Positions 29,300 through 39,506 of a DNA stretch of 64,000 nt are shown in pieces. The position numbers were made by a program, and so were the translations under genes. Position 1 is the first letter of the stretch. The number at the start of each line of letters is the position of its first letter. The stretch is from an uncultured Spirochaetales bacterium (GTDB taxonomy: Bacteria > Spirochaetota > Spirochaetia > Sphaerochaetales > Sphaerochaetaceae), in contig CALXYO010000003.1 of the NCBI GenBank assembly GCA_944393005.1, forward strand, positions 103,740 through 167,739, given 5' to 3'. The notes beneath the pieces are model-generated. The model had not been told where the DNA came from, did not search any database, and saw only the letters and a program-made list of their open reading frames with translations.

Positions 29300-30616
29300 A
29301 TGGAGAGGAATATGAAATACACTGATGGAATTTATTACGAGGTTGCAATCTGTCCTGACAGGGACACTCCGTTATTCTGCTTTGCGGGATTCGATCCTGA
29401 TGAAAGGGAGGGCCTGAGAAGATGTGTATCGCCAATGAATTCAGCCCACATGGTTTTCATCGATGAAGGAGTGAAGTGCGACTATGGTGTGCTTGCTCTG
29501 TTCAAGAAGGATATCGGACCTGTCCTGTCCGACAACTCCGCCTGGCATATGATTGCGAAAAACGGGGGTGTGCGCACTGCGGTGGACATACTGAGTTCTG
29601 TCCCGAGGTCATTCTCCTCATATACCGTCATTGCCGATGAACTGGATTACGACAGACGGTACAGACTTTTCACTGAGATTCCTGTATTCAGCATAGCAGG
29701 CAGCACAAAACATGGGAAAGATGTTTCCTACATGTTCACAAAGGCTGGCTTCAATACTGTTGTCTCAGCTAGCGCTCATGCACTGTTTTCTGAAAACTGG
29801 TGGCACTTTATCAGCTCAAGCCGCAAGTGCGATCAGGTAAGGGCCGAGTATGAGGGAAATGGACTGTGGAGCATATATGTCGGTGAGATAGACGGTTTCT
29901 ATCTTGTCGACTGCGGTGATGAAGCCGCGCTTATTGACACTGGTTCAAGAGTGAAGGGCGGAATGCTTCCTGTCATACGCTCTATAACCGGCAAGCCTGT
30001 GAGTGTCATCATCACTCATGGCCACGGCGATCATATCGGCAACCTGAATGAATTTGACAATATCTTTTACCCAGAGAAAGACAGAGCCCTGCTTCAGGGA
30101 ATATATGGAGCAGGGGAGCTTGAGGGAAAGAACATAAGGTACATTGAAGGGGGAGAAGACATCGTCATCGGCAGCAGGACGTTCAGGAGTGTGGATCTTG
30201 GCGGTCACACTCCGGGCAGCACCGTTCTGATTGACATGGAGGGAAAACGCATTTTCTCCGGAGATGCCTTCGGTTCCGGCACTGTCGTCCTGCTTGTCCA
30301 TGATTATGCGCTTTGTGTCAGTGAATACCTTGAAAAGCTCAGGTCTTTCCATGCGAAATACAGGGCACTTTGCTCCGACTTCATTTTCTGGGGCGGTCAT
30401 ACGATTCAGGAATCTGACTGGGAGAATGTCCTTGTGAATTACCATCCGCTTTCATGGAATGTCGTTGAGGACATGATCAGGCTCTGTCAGAACCTCTTGG
30501 ATGGCAGGGGCTGTGAAAACTGCAGATTCCCGTCTCTGGATCAGAGGACGGAATCTGCATACAAAGTCAGCATGGGGCGGGCCGCAATCGTGCTGACACA
30601 GTCGAAGATCAGATAG
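29300..30616 (+). CDS. MBL-fold metallo-hydrolase with an unassigned N-terminal domain
   Basis: LIDTG, THGHGDH, GHTPGS and SGDA lie only in the C-terminal half. Confidence 0.8.
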   Translation: MERNMKYTDGIYYEVAICPDRDTPLFCFAGFDPDEREGLRRCVSPMNSAHMVFIDEGVKCDYGVLALFKKDIGPVLSDNSAWHMIAKNGGVRTAVDILSSVPRSFSSYTVIADELDYDRRYRLFTEIPVFSIAGSTKHGKDVSYMFTKAGFNTVVSASAHALFSENWWHFISSSRKCDQVRAEYEGNGLWSIYVGEIDGFYLVDCGDEAALIDTGSRVKGGMLPVIRSITGKPVSVIITHGHGDHIGNLNEFDNIFYPEKDRALLQGIYGAGELEGKNIRYIEGGEDIVIGSRTFRSVDLGGHTPGSTVLIDMEGKRIFSGDAFGSGTVVLLVHDYALCVSEYLEKLRSFHAKYRALCSDFIFWGGHTIQESDWENVLVNYHPLSWNVVEDMIRLCQNLLDGRGCENCRFPSLDQRTESAYKVSMGRAAIVLTQSKIR

Positions 30617-30630
30617 AATTTTCACTTCGT

Positions 30631-30670
30631 GTCCTCTTCCCCGCAATCCGGAAGGAAGAGGACTTTTTTT
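30631..30670 (+). terminator. Intrinsic terminator
   Basis: GTCCTCTTCC...GGAAGAGGAC followed by T7. Confidence 0.75.
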
Positions 30671-30755
30671 TCTCCTGCATCCTTATCGGAGGCCTGTAGA
30701 ATTATTCCGAATTGTGCTTAAATAGAATGATGAATTGCAGATTAAAGGGGAAGCA

Positions 30756-31793
30756 ATGAAACAGAGAAAGGCGACAATGCGCGACATAGCTGAAAAGTGC
30801 GGGGTCAGCAAGGCCACCGTATCGTATGCATTCAGCGCACCGCACAAAATAACCAGGGAAACATATGAGATGGTCATGAAGGCTGCACGTGAGCTGGATT
30901 ATCTTCCTGACCCGACGGCAAGGAACTTCTCACTTGGCCGGCATTATGTGATAGGTTTCCTTCTTCCCCAGCATCTTTCCGTGAACCTGAGCAATCCGCA
31001 TATGCAGGGAATAATAAAAGGAGTGGGCACCGTATGTGAGGAGAACGGTTACTCATTGAATATAATCCCGCCGCTGCGTTCATCATTGTCGGAAGCTGTC
31101 AAGTCGGCCATGGTTGACGGGTTCATCACGATCGGAATACCCATTGACCTTGGAATCCAGGATGTGCTGAGGCAGCGTCATATGCCTATTGTGGTGATAG
31201 ACGGAGAGGAAGATCCAGAACTCACAAGCGTGAATGTGAACAACAGGGCCGCCGCAAGACTGCAGATAGGCAGGGCTCTTGAAAAGGGGCACCGCAGTTT
31301 TATCTTTGTGTATTTCGGCCAGAATATATACAGCGACAGGCCTGCAAAGATCAATTCGACCACACGTGAGAAATTCATCGGCTATTCTCAGGCACTGAGC
31401 GAGTACGGTCTTGATTTCGCTTCAATGCCGAAAATTGAGTGTGAGACGACATTTGAATCCGGCGTGAGGTGTGCCGACAGGATAATTGATGAGGGCCTTC
31501 TGTCTTCCACCTGCGTGATCGTGCTTGCCGATATCGTCGCCATGGGTATGATCCAGAGACTGAGGGAAAGGGGAGTGAGGGTTCCCCAGGACATATCGGT
31601 GATCGGTTTTGACGGAATAGAAAGCGATCTCGGCCTTGCAGAGACTCTGACGACGGTAAGACACAGCGCAGTTGACAAGGGTTCTATTGCAGCAAAACTG
31701 CTTTTTGATCTGATCGGTAGTGATAAGCATGATTCCACTACCTGCTATATCGATTATTCTTTCACCGAAGGTCTCACTCTTGCAGAGGTCTGA
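30756..31793 (+). CDS. LacI-family transcriptional regulator
   Basis: TMRDIAEKCGVSKATVSYAFS, ISVIGFDG. Confidence 0.92.
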   Translation: MKQRKATMRDIAEKCGVSKATVSYAFSAPHKITRETYEMVMKAARELDYLPDPTARNFSLGRHYVIGFLLPQHLSVNLSNPHMQGIIKGVGTVCEENGYSLNIIPPLRSSLSEAVKSAMVDGFITIGIPIDLGIQDVLRQRHMPIVVIDGEEDPELTSVNVNNRAAARLQIGRALEKGHRSFIFVYFGQNIYSDRPAKINSTTREKFIGYSQALSEYGLDFASMPKIECETTFESGVRCADRIIDEGLLSSTCVIVLADIVAMGMIQRLRERGVRVPQDISVIGFDGIESDLGLAETLTTVRHSAVDKGSIAAKLLFDLIGSDKHDSTTCYIDYSFTEGLTLAEV

Positions 31794-31811
31794 AGCATCT
31801 GCAATCATCTT

Positions 31812-31896
31812 TTTGCAATCGATTGCTAAATTTCTCTTGACAGGTTCGATATTCCGCTGTACTCTCAGAGCATAAGTATTGCAATCGATTGCAATA
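31812..31896. promoter_or_regulatory. Two LacI-type operators upstream of the cyclase gene
   Basis: Core GCAATCGATTGC at 31815-31826 and within the perfect 20-bp palindrome TATTGCAATCGATTGCAATA (31877-31896); TTGACA lies between them. Confidence 0.75.
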
Positions 31897-31928
31897 GAAG
31901 ATGAAAATATTTCCCAGGAGGAATGAAA

Positions 31929-32615
31929 ATGGATTGCGTTTACACAATGGGTAATCTGCGCATCGTTGATCTGACAAAGACACTCGACCCTAAGACAGAG
32001 ACAAGAAGATGTCATCTCTACCGCTTCAACACAGGCGGACCTATTCCTGATTATCATACAATCATGGATCTCACCAGCCACCTCGGCACACACTGCGAAT
32101 GCCCGTATCATCATGATGACAACTGGCCGAGTGTTGCGGAAGTTCCTTTCACACAGTTCATGGGACGTGCTATTTACGTGAATATCGATGCTCCCGCAAA
32201 CAGCTACATCACAGCAGAGCTGCTTGACAAGTACTGCCTGCCGAAGATGAAGGACGGCACAATTGTCATCATCGACAGCCCGCACAAGCTTCCTCCGTTC
32301 ACGGAAAAGACAAACACACCTGAGGACAAGAGACTTCTTGTCAACGGTGAGACGGCACAGTGGTTCCTTGATCACAATGCAAAGTGCATCGGTTTCGGCG
32401 ACGGTGTCTCAATCGAGAACCGCAACGAGGATGTGAAGCCTTTCCATGATATCCTGCTTGCACACAATATTGTCTTCCTCGAAGTTCTCAAAAACCTCGA
32501 TCAGCTGAAGAAGGATGTGTTCTTCATGTCATATGCACCGCTTCCGATCATCGGACTCGATTCCTGCCCTGTAAGAGCATATGCGATTGAAGGTCTCAGT
32601 GAATTTGACAACTGA
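31929..32615 (+). CDS. Cyclase family (kynurenine formamidase-like) metal hydrolase
   Basis: SHLGTHCECPYH, HDILLAHNIVFLEVLKNL, PVRAYA. Confidence 0.85.
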   Translation: MDCVYTMGNLRIVDLTKTLDPKTETRRCHLYRFNTGGPIPDYHTIMDLTSHLGTHCECPYHHDDNWPSVAEVPFTQFMGRAIYVNIDAPANSYITAELLDKYCLPKMKDGTIVIIDSPHKLPPFTEKTNTPEDKRLLVNGETAQWFLDHNAKCIGFGDGVSIENRNEDVKPFHDILLAHNIVFLEVLKNLDQLKKDVFFMSYAPLPIIGLDSCPVRAYAIEGLSEFDN

Positions 32616-32637
32616 TTCACATATCTAAGATAATGAA

Positions 32638-32666
32638 AAGGGCGGTGCTGCCGCCCTTATTTTTTT
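32638..32666 (+). terminator. Intrinsic terminator
   Basis: AAGGGCGG-tgctg-CCGCCCTT then a T tract. Confidence 0.75.
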
Positions 32667-32685
32667 GCTGAAGGAGCATGTCTGT

Positions 32686-33669
32686 ATGACAATATATGAT
32701 ATCGCAAGACAGGTAGGCGTCTCTGCAAGTACCGTAAGCCGTGTAATAAACAAACGGCCTGGCATAAATGCGAAGACAAGGGAAAAGGTTGAGAAGGCGC
32801 TCAGTGAATCCAACTTTTCCATCAACGAAGCCGCAAAGGGTCTTGTGAACCAGTCCAGCCGCATGATAGGCATCCTTGTCAGCGATATCCGTAACCAGCA
32901 TCATATTGAAGGTGCATACATGATAGAGCAGCATTTCCTTGAGAAAGGCTACTGTTCACTCCTTTTCAATGCCGGCAGTGATAAGGAAGGAATGGCCGGT
33001 TATATAAAGCTTCTCTCCTCACGGCGAGTCGACGCGCTTGTGCTCATCGGCTCAATTTTCCAGAATGACGAAGTCATGGAGGCGATCGGTAATTATATGC
33101 CGAAGGTGCCTGTCGTGATGCAGAACGGCATACTTGATCTTCCAAATGTGTCCTCTGTGGTCTCCAATGACGAACAGGGTGCCTATGATGCCGTTGTTCA
33201 TCTTTATAATAAAGGAAAAAGGAATATAGCATTCATAAATAACAATGATACTCCGTCAAATCTGAAGAAGCTTGCAGGATACAGGAAGGCCTGCAGTGAA
33301 TTGGGTATGAAGAATCGTGAAATACTCAGATGCGAGGATTCTTTCAGCGGAGGTGCTGCCGCAACAGATGAACTTGTCAGAATGTATCCTGATGTTGATG
33401 CCATACTTTATTCCGTTGACACTCTTGCTGCAGGTGGAGTCAGGCTTCTTATTGACAAGGGGTTCACCATCCCTGATGATATCGCACTGTTCGGCACCGA
33501 CAATTCTCCCTTCGCCCTTATCACGAATCCACGTCTCTCGTCAGTTGATACGAAACTCAGGGAGCTGTCCAATGCCTGTGCCGATATTCTATCCCGTGCC
33601 ATTGAGGACAGGTCATACAGGAAGAATATCCAGATAGACTGTTCGCTGGTGCTGAGGGAGACTACATAG
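32686..33669 (+). CDS. LacI-family transcriptional regulator
   Basis: MTIYDIARQVGVSASTVSRVIN. Confidence 0.92.
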   Translation: MTIYDIARQVGVSASTVSRVINKRPGINAKTREKVEKALSESNFSINEAAKGLVNQSSRMIGILVSDIRNQHHIEGAYMIEQHFLEKGYCSLLFNAGSDKEGMAGYIKLLSSRRVDALVLIGSIFQNDEVMEAIGNYMPKVPVVMQNGILDLPNVSSVVSNDEQGAYDAVVHLYNKGKRNIAFINNNDTPSNLKKLAGYRKACSELGMKNREILRCEDSFSGGAAATDELVRMYPDVDAILYSVDTLAAGGVRLLIDKGFTIPDDIALFGTDNSPFALITNPRLSSVDTKLRELSNACADILSRAIEDRSYRKNIQIDCSLVLRETT

Positions 33670-33872
33670 AAAACAGGACCGTTTTCCTTCTGTCAGGCTA
33701 TATCGGCCTTATATGACAGACAAAAAGGGCATATGGAAAAAATGTGCAGGAAATATCGAAAATTTTGCAACTGATATATTAGAATTTATTTGCATAATTT
33801 CCGTAACTGTGTCTATAATGAAACTCAGGTGCATTTTTTTGTACCAGTGTTTTACACAAAACGGAGGAATAA

Positions 33873-34874
33873 ATGAAAAAAGTATTAGCTTTACTTTTCG
33901 TTTTCGTTGCTGTGATGATTCCTGTATTTGCAAACGGTACAGGTGAGACATCCAGTGTCACACTCACACTTTCAGAAGTTCACACTGAAGGTTACCCGAC
34001 AACTCTTGCTGACTACAGATTTGCAGAACTCGTAGCAGAGAGAACAGAGGGAAGAGTTACTATTGACGTATATTCAGGCGGCACACTCTATGGTGAGGAA
34101 ACAGGTTCTATCGAAGCTCTCCAGATCGGCGACCTTGACTTTGCCCGTGTTTCAGCTTCTCCTGTTGCATCTTACGTTCCGGCTCTCAATGTTATTCAGC
34201 TTCCTTATCTCTACAGAGATGGCGATCACATGTGGGAAGTCCTCAATGGACCTATCGGTCAGGAAATGCTTGAAGAGATTCAGGCTTCCGGTTCCGGTCT
34301 TGTAGGTCTCTGCTACTACGATGCAGGTGCAAGAAACTTCTATACAACAACTCCTGTTCACGGTCCTGAAGACATGAAGGGACTCAAGATCAGACTTCAG
34401 AACAATCCGATGATGGTTGACATGGTCGAGCTCCTCGGCGGTAACGGCGTTACAGGTATCGGTCCTAACGAAGTTTACTCAGCTATCAGCCAGGGCACAA
34501 TCGACGGTGCAGAGAACAACTGGCCGACATATGAGTCAATGGGTGACTATGAAGCAGCTCCTTATTTCGTTCTTGACGGACACACAAGAGTTCCTGAAAT
34601 CCTTCTTGCTTCTGAGAATGTCATCAACAAGGTAGGCGCAGAAGACTGGGAAATCATCAAGGAATGTGCAAAGGAAACTCAGGACTATGAGATTGAGCAG
34701 TGGGCACTGCGCGAGAAGAGTTCAGAAGAGAAGGTTGTTGCAGCCGGCGTAACTGTTTACCAGCCGACAGCTGAGGAACTTGCTGAGTACCAGTCACTTA
34801 TGGCTCCTCTTTACGAAGAGTACGGTGCCGGTTATGAGGACATGATTGAAGAGATCATGAACACAGGTCTTTAA
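33873..34874 (+). CDS. dctP: TRAP transporter substrate-binding protein
   Basis: Signal peptide; PYLYRD, YDAGARNF, DMKGLKIR, IDGAENN. Confidence 0.92.
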   Translation: MKKVLALLFVFVAVMIPVFANGTGETSSVTLTLSEVHTEGYPTTLADYRFAELVAERTEGRVTIDVYSGGTLYGEETGSIEALQIGDLDFARVSASPVASYVPALNVIQLPYLYRDGDHMWEVLNGPIGQEMLEEIQASGSGLVGLCYYDAGARNFYTTTPVHGPEDMKGLKIRLQNNPMMVDMVELLGGNGVTGIGPNEVYSAISQGTIDGAENNWPTYESMGDYEAAPYFVLDGHTRVPEILLASENVINKVGAEDWEIIKECAKETQDYEIEQWALREKSSEEKVVAAGVTVYQPTAEELAEYQSLMAPLYEEYGAGYEDMIEEIMNTGL

Positions 34875-34900
34875 TCAGAACTGTCCCTGACATTTGTTAA

Positions 34901-34924
34901 AAAGGGGAGATGATTCTCCCCTTT
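34901..34924 (+). terminator. Stem-loop after dctP
   Basis: AAAGGGGAGA-tgat-TCTCCCCTTT. Confidence 0.65.
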
Positions 34925-34950
34925 ATTCGATTTTATATATGGAGGATTGG

Positions 34951-35607
34951 ATGAGTTCTGAATCAAAGTTTAGAGCTTGGATGGAAAAAAACAAGCTCGT
35001 GATCAACAAGAAAGACTATCCAAACGGTGTTCCTGCCAAGGCTTATATCATTCTTGTCAACCACTGGTGCCACAGAATAATGCTTTGCATCGCACAGGTT
35101 GCCGTTGTCGTCATGCTGTGTACTGTTTTCATGAACGTTGTACTGCGTTTCTGTTTCAACTCAGGTATCGCATGGGCAGAAGAAGTGCCACGCCTTCTTG
35201 TCGTGCTCTTCTCCTTCCTTGCATGTGCTATCGGTGTCAGAGACCATATGCATATCTCTGTCACAATCATCTACAACAGATTCCCCAAAGACGGAAAAGC
35301 CAGAAAATTCATGGATTTCCTTGTGGATCTTTCCACACTTATCTGCGGTATAATGCTTTTGTATTATGGAATCATGTTCATTGCACGTCTCCGTCCCGGT
35401 TTCCTTCCGATGACAGGCTGGCCGACATGGATACAGTATATCCCGGCACCTATGGGCGGATTTATCATGACATTCGACTCTCTCCTTTTCCTGTTCCACA
35501 TCCTTGATCCGGATGACCTTCTTTACAGTGAAAAGGAAATCGACTACCAGGAACTCGTAAAAGAACAGCAGGCTGAGCTTGCTGCAGGCAAAGGAGGAAA
35601 TAACTGA
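34951..35607 (+). CDS. dctQ: TRAP transporter small permease
   Basis: WAEEVPR, GVRDHMHISV; 4 TM; start after a GGAGG RBS. Confidence 0.88.
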   Translation: MSSESKFRAWMEKNKLVINKKDYPNGVPAKAYIILVNHWCHRIMLCIAQVAVVVMLCTVFMNVVLRFCFNSGIAWAEEVPRLLVVLFSFLACAIGVRDHMHISVTIIYNRFPKDGKARKFMDFLVDLSTLICGIMLLYYGIMFIARLRPGFLPMTGWPTWIQYIPAPMGGFIMTFDSLLFLFHILDPDDLLYSEKEIDYQELVKEQQAELAAGKGGNN

Positions 35608-36953
35608 TGGATGTTAATGTTCTTGCTGGAATTATCCTCATCGGCGGTTTCTTCGCTTTGATGATGATCAAAGTACCTGTGACATTTGCAATGTTGATTT
35701 CAACATTCCTTTCAATGTTGCTTATCCCGGGTACAAATCCGACTACGATTATCAGAATGATGTTCGACGGTGTCAGCAACTTCACGATGCTTGCCATTCC
35801 GTTCTTCATCGTAATGGGTGAAATCATGGCTGTAGGCCAGATTTCCGATAAGATCGTTGATCTTGCAAACCTCGCTGTAGGTCGTTTCCGCGGCGGTCTT
35901 GCATATGTTAACTGTCTCGATTCAATGTTCTTCGGCGGTATCTCCGGTTCTGCTGTTGCCGACGTTTCCTCTCTCGGTTCTGTTGTTATTCCGATGATGG
36001 AGAAGCAGGGTTATGACAGGGAGTTCTCAGTAGGTCTTACAGTCACCACTGCCTGTCAGGGTGTTCTCATTCCGCCATCACACAACATGGTCATCTATGC
36101 TCTTGCAGCAGGCGGCGGTGTTTCCATCGGACAGCTTTTCTATGCAGGCTTTGTACCCGGCATCGGTCTTGGTCTCGGCTTCATGTTCATCTGTTTCCTC
36201 CTCGGCAAGAAGTACAACTTCCCGAAGGGCGAGAAGATGTTCAAGGACGAGAAAGTCAGATGGATGGGAAAAGACGAGAACGGAAAGTTCAAGTTCGGTC
36301 CCTGCATGGGCATCGTAGGAAAGGCAATCCTTCCTATGTTCACACTCGTCATCATCATGGTCGGTACAGGTGTCGGTATCTTCACTGCAACAGAAAGCTC
36401 TGCTGTAGCTTGTTTCTATACCTTCATCCTCACGTACTTTGTCTTCCGCACTGATAAGATCAGAAACTTCGGAAAGGTTATCAAGAACTCTCTCAAGACC
36501 CTGTCCGTTGTTCTTACCCTTATCGCATCTGCAAAGGCATTTGCTTACATGATGACAAGGCTCAGAATTCCTGAAGCAATCACAAATGGTCTCATCGGAG
36601 TTACAGACAATGCAGTTGTTCTTCTCCTGATCATCAACGTGCTTCTGCTCATCCTCGGATGTTTCATGGACATGGCTCCGCTTATCATGATCATGACACC
36701 GATCCTGCTTCCTGTTGTCACAGAGCTCGGCATGAGCACAGTACACTTCGGTATCCTGCTTATCTTCAACCTCGCAATCGGTCTTTGCACACCTCCTGTA
36801 GGTTCCGCACTGTTCGTCGGTTGTGCTGTTGGTAAGACAAGTCTTGAATCAACCGCAAAGAAGATGCTCCCGCTGTTCGCAGTCATGGTTGTCGGACTTA
36901 TTCTTGTCACATATATTCCGTTCTTCCTCAAGCCGGGTCTCTTCGGATATTGA
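35607..36953 (+). CDS. dctM: TRAP transporter large permease
   Basis: LAIPFF, FGGISGSAVAD, IPPSHNMV, CTPPVG. Confidence 0.92.
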   Translation: MDVNVLAGIILIGGFFALMMIKVPVTFAMLISTFLSMLLIPGTNPTTIIRMMFDGVSNFTMLAIPFFIVMGEIMAVGQISDKIVDLANLAVGRFRGGLAYVNCLDSMFFGGISGSAVADVSSLGSVVIPMMEKQGYDREFSVGLTVTTACQGVLIPPSHNMVIYALAAGGGVSIGQLFYAGFVPGIGLGLGFMFICFLLGKKYNFPKGEKMFKDEKVRWMGKDENGKFKFGPCMGIVGKAILPMFTLVIIMVGTGVGIFTATESSAVACFYTFILTYFVFRTDKIRNFGKVIKNSLKTLSVVLTLIASAKAFAYMMTRLRIPEAITNGLIGVTDNAVVLLLIINVLLLILGCFMDMAPLIMIMTPILLPVVTELGMSTVHFGILLIFNLAIGLCTPPVGSALFVGCAVGKTSLESTAKKMLPLFAVMVVGLILVTYIPFFLKPGLFGY

Positions 36954-36976
36954 TGGAACTGGATATTTAAAATATC

Positions 36977-37005
36977 GAAAGCCGGTGTCTCTGATGCCGG
37001 CTTTT
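36977..37005 (+). terminator. Intrinsic terminator
   Basis: GAAAGCCGG...CCGGCTTTT. Confidence 0.65.
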
Positions 37006-37015
37006 CTGTATAATC

Positions 37016-39496
37016 ATGGGTATGATCAAAAACATTAAAGTCATCGGTGCGAGGGTTCATAATCTCAAGAATATAGATGTGGATATCCCCCTGAATGAAA
37101 TATGTGCAATTGCAGGAGTATCCGGCTCAGGAAAATCTTCCCTTGCGCTTGGAGTGTTGTATGCGGAAGGTTCAAGGCGCTATCTTGAAAGTCTTTCAAC
37201 ATATACACGGCGCCGGATGACACAGGCTGAACGTGCGCTTGTTGATGATGTGCTGTATATCCCGGCAGCTCTCGCACTGCGCCAGAGACCCGGAGTTCCT
37301 GGAATAAGAAGCACGTTCGGCACCAGCAGTGAGCTTCTCAATTCTCTACGTCTGATGTTTTCACGTCTTGCATCGCATCGTTGTCCGAACGGTCATTATG
37401 CACCTCCATCAATGTGCGTTGCCCTTGATAAGGAAATAGTCTGTCCCGTATGCGGGGTTCATTTTTACGGTCCGTCTGCAGAGGATCTCGCATTCAACAG
37501 CAGCGGTGCATGCAAGAAATGTGACGGTACTGGCACCATACGTACAGTTGACAGGTCCTCTCTTGTTCCAGATGAGAGTCTTACAATAGAAGGAGGAGCG
37601 GTTGCTCCATGGAATTCCCTCATGTGGTCATTGATGGTTGATGTATGCCGTGCCATGGGTGTGCGTACAGATGTTCCTTTCAGAGACCTTACAGATGAGG
37701 AAAAGGGAATTGTATATGACGGACCGGCAGTGAAGAAGCATATACTCTATAAGGCAAAGAACAGCAATGATTTCGCCGAACTTGATTTCACATATTACAG
37801 TGCGGTCCATACTGTTGAGAACGCACTGTCAAAAGTCAAGGATGAGGCAGGAATGAAGAGAGTTGAGAAATTCCTGCGTGTGGATCCATGTCCTGACTGT
37901 CATGGCAGCAGGCTATCCGATGCGGCCAGGGCTCCTCTGATAATGGGAATTAATCTTGCCGAAGCCACATCAATGACTTTGTCTCAGCTAAGTGAATGGG
38001 TTGGGAAAGTACCATCGTCTTTACCTGAAGAGATGCGGCCTATGGCTGAAAGCATAATCGAGTCTTTCCGTGATAACGCAAAACGCCTTCTGGATCTCGG
38101 CCTTGGCTATCTTTCACTCGACAGGGCATCGAATACGCTTTCGACAGGAGAAAGACAGAGAGTTCAGCTCGCCCGTGCTGTAAGAAACCGTACAACAGGT
38201 GTGCTGTACGTGCTTGATGAGCCTTCAATCGGACTTCATCCGGCCAATATTGCAGGATTGAAGGCAGTTATGAATGATCTGGTTGCGGATGGCAATTCTG
38301 TGGTTCTGGTTGATCATGACACGGAGATTCTCAAGGCAGCGGACTGGCTGATTGAACTTGGTCCTGAAGCCGGAAAGAATGGCGGATACATAATTGCTGA
38401 GGGTACTCTTGATTCAATCATGAAAAATTCTTCTTCCATGATTGGGCCTTTTCTGAAAAAGACTCCTGACAGAATAAGAAAGCAGATTTCGGAAGATGAA
38501 ATTTTCAAATACGGGAGCATAAAACTTTCAACTGACAGCATTCATACGGTCAGACCTCTGGATGTGTGTTTCCCGCGTGGCAGACTTTCACTTGTCACAG
38601 GTGTATCGGGTTCCGGCAAGACCACAATGATACTGGAAAGCCTTGTACCGGCACTTGAGGCTCTGGTTTCAGGTGATAGGCTGCCTTCACATGTAAAATC
38701 AGTTGAAGCCGCTGGCATAAAGCACGTCAAGCTTATTGATGCGACACCGATAGGGATAAACATAAGATCGACTGTTGCAACTTATGCCAATGTGCATGAT
38801 GAACTGAGAAAGCTTTTCGCAAAGATTCCTTCTGCAAAGGAAAAAGGATATAAAGCCGGCGATTTTTCCTACAATACGGGTAAACTCCGGTGTCCTGTCT
38901 GCGACGGGACCGGATCAATCAGTCTTGATGTTCAGTTCCTTCCCGATGTTGATATTCCATGTCCGGAATGCCGCGGCTCCCGCTACAGCAAGGATATTGA
39001 TGATATAAAGTACACAAATGAAAGAGGAGAGGAATATTCACTAGGACAGCTGATGGATATGGATGTGAACAGTGCTCTTAAAGCCATAACAGGGCAGAAA
39101 CTCATACTCCAGAGACTTAAGACACTGCAGGATCTCGGACTTGGTTATCTTACACTTGGAGAAGAGACTCCCGGCCTGTCAGGCGGAGAGGCACAGCGTC
39201 TCAAGCTTGCAAGTGAGATGGGACGAAGTCAGAGTGATTCCGTGTTTGTTTTTGATGAGCCTACAATAGGACTTCACCCGCTTGATGTTCAGACTCTTCT
39301 GTCGGTATTCCAGAGTCTTATTGACAACGGTGCGACTGTGATTGTGATCGAGCATGATCTTGATGTGATAAGAAATGCCGATTACATTGTTGATATGGGA
39401 CCGGGAGGAGGTACTGCCGGTGGCATGATTGTGGCATGCGGAACGGTTGAAAAAGTAAGAAAAAATGTACAGTCTGTAACCGGGAAATATATTTAG
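37016..39496 (+). CDS. Short UvrA paralogue (class II/DrrC-like)
   Basis: Two NBDs (GVSGSGKS, LSTGE, GVSGSGKT, LSGGE), several CxxC motifs; 826 aa, shorter than canonical UvrA. Confidence 0.85.
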   Translation: MGMIKNIKVIGARVHNLKNIDVDIPLNEICAIAGVSGSGKSSLALGVLYAEGSRRYLESLSTYTRRRMTQAERALVDDVLYIPAALALRQRPGVPGIRSTFGTSSELLNSLRLMFSRLASHRCPNGHYAPPSMCVALDKEIVCPVCGVHFYGPSAEDLAFNSSGACKKCDGTGTIRTVDRSSLVPDESLTIEGGAVAPWNSLMWSLMVDVCRAMGVRTDVPFRDLTDEEKGIVYDGPAVKKHILYKAKNSNDFAELDFTYYSAVHTVENALSKVKDEAGMKRVEKFLRVDPCPDCHGSRLSDAARAPLIMGINLAEATSMTLSQLSEWVGKVPSSLPEEMRPMAESIIESFRDNAKRLLDLGLGYLSLDRASNTLSTGERQRVQLARAVRNRTTGVLYVLDEPSIGLHPANIAGLKAVMNDLVADGNSVVLVDHDTEILKAADWLIELGPEAGKNGGYIIAEGTLDSIMKNSSSMIGPFLKKTPDRIRKQISEDEIFKYGSIKLSTDSIHTVRPLDVCFPRGRLSLVTGVSGSGKTTMILESLVPALEALVSGDRLPSHVKSVEAAGIKHVKLIDATPIGINIRSTVATYANVHDELRKLFAKIPSAKEKGYKAGDFSYNTGKLRCPVCDGTGSISLDVQFLPDVDIPCPECRGSRYSKDIDDIKYTNERGEEYSLGQLMDMDVNSALKAITGQKLILQRLKTLQDLGLGYLTLGEETPGLSGGEAQRLKLASEMGRSQSDSVFVFDEPTIGLHPLDVQTLLSVFQSLIDNGATVIVIEHDLDVIRNADYIVDMGPGGGTAGGMIVACGTVEKVRKNVQSVTGKYI

Positions 39497-39506
39497 GAGG
39501 GTGAAA

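Noticed and set aside
31422-32375. 317-aa minus-strand ORF, and similar long antisense ORFs such as 36078-36746, 53610-54218 and 61140-61997
   Set aside because: Shadow frames of well-supported genes on the opposite strand, with no motifs
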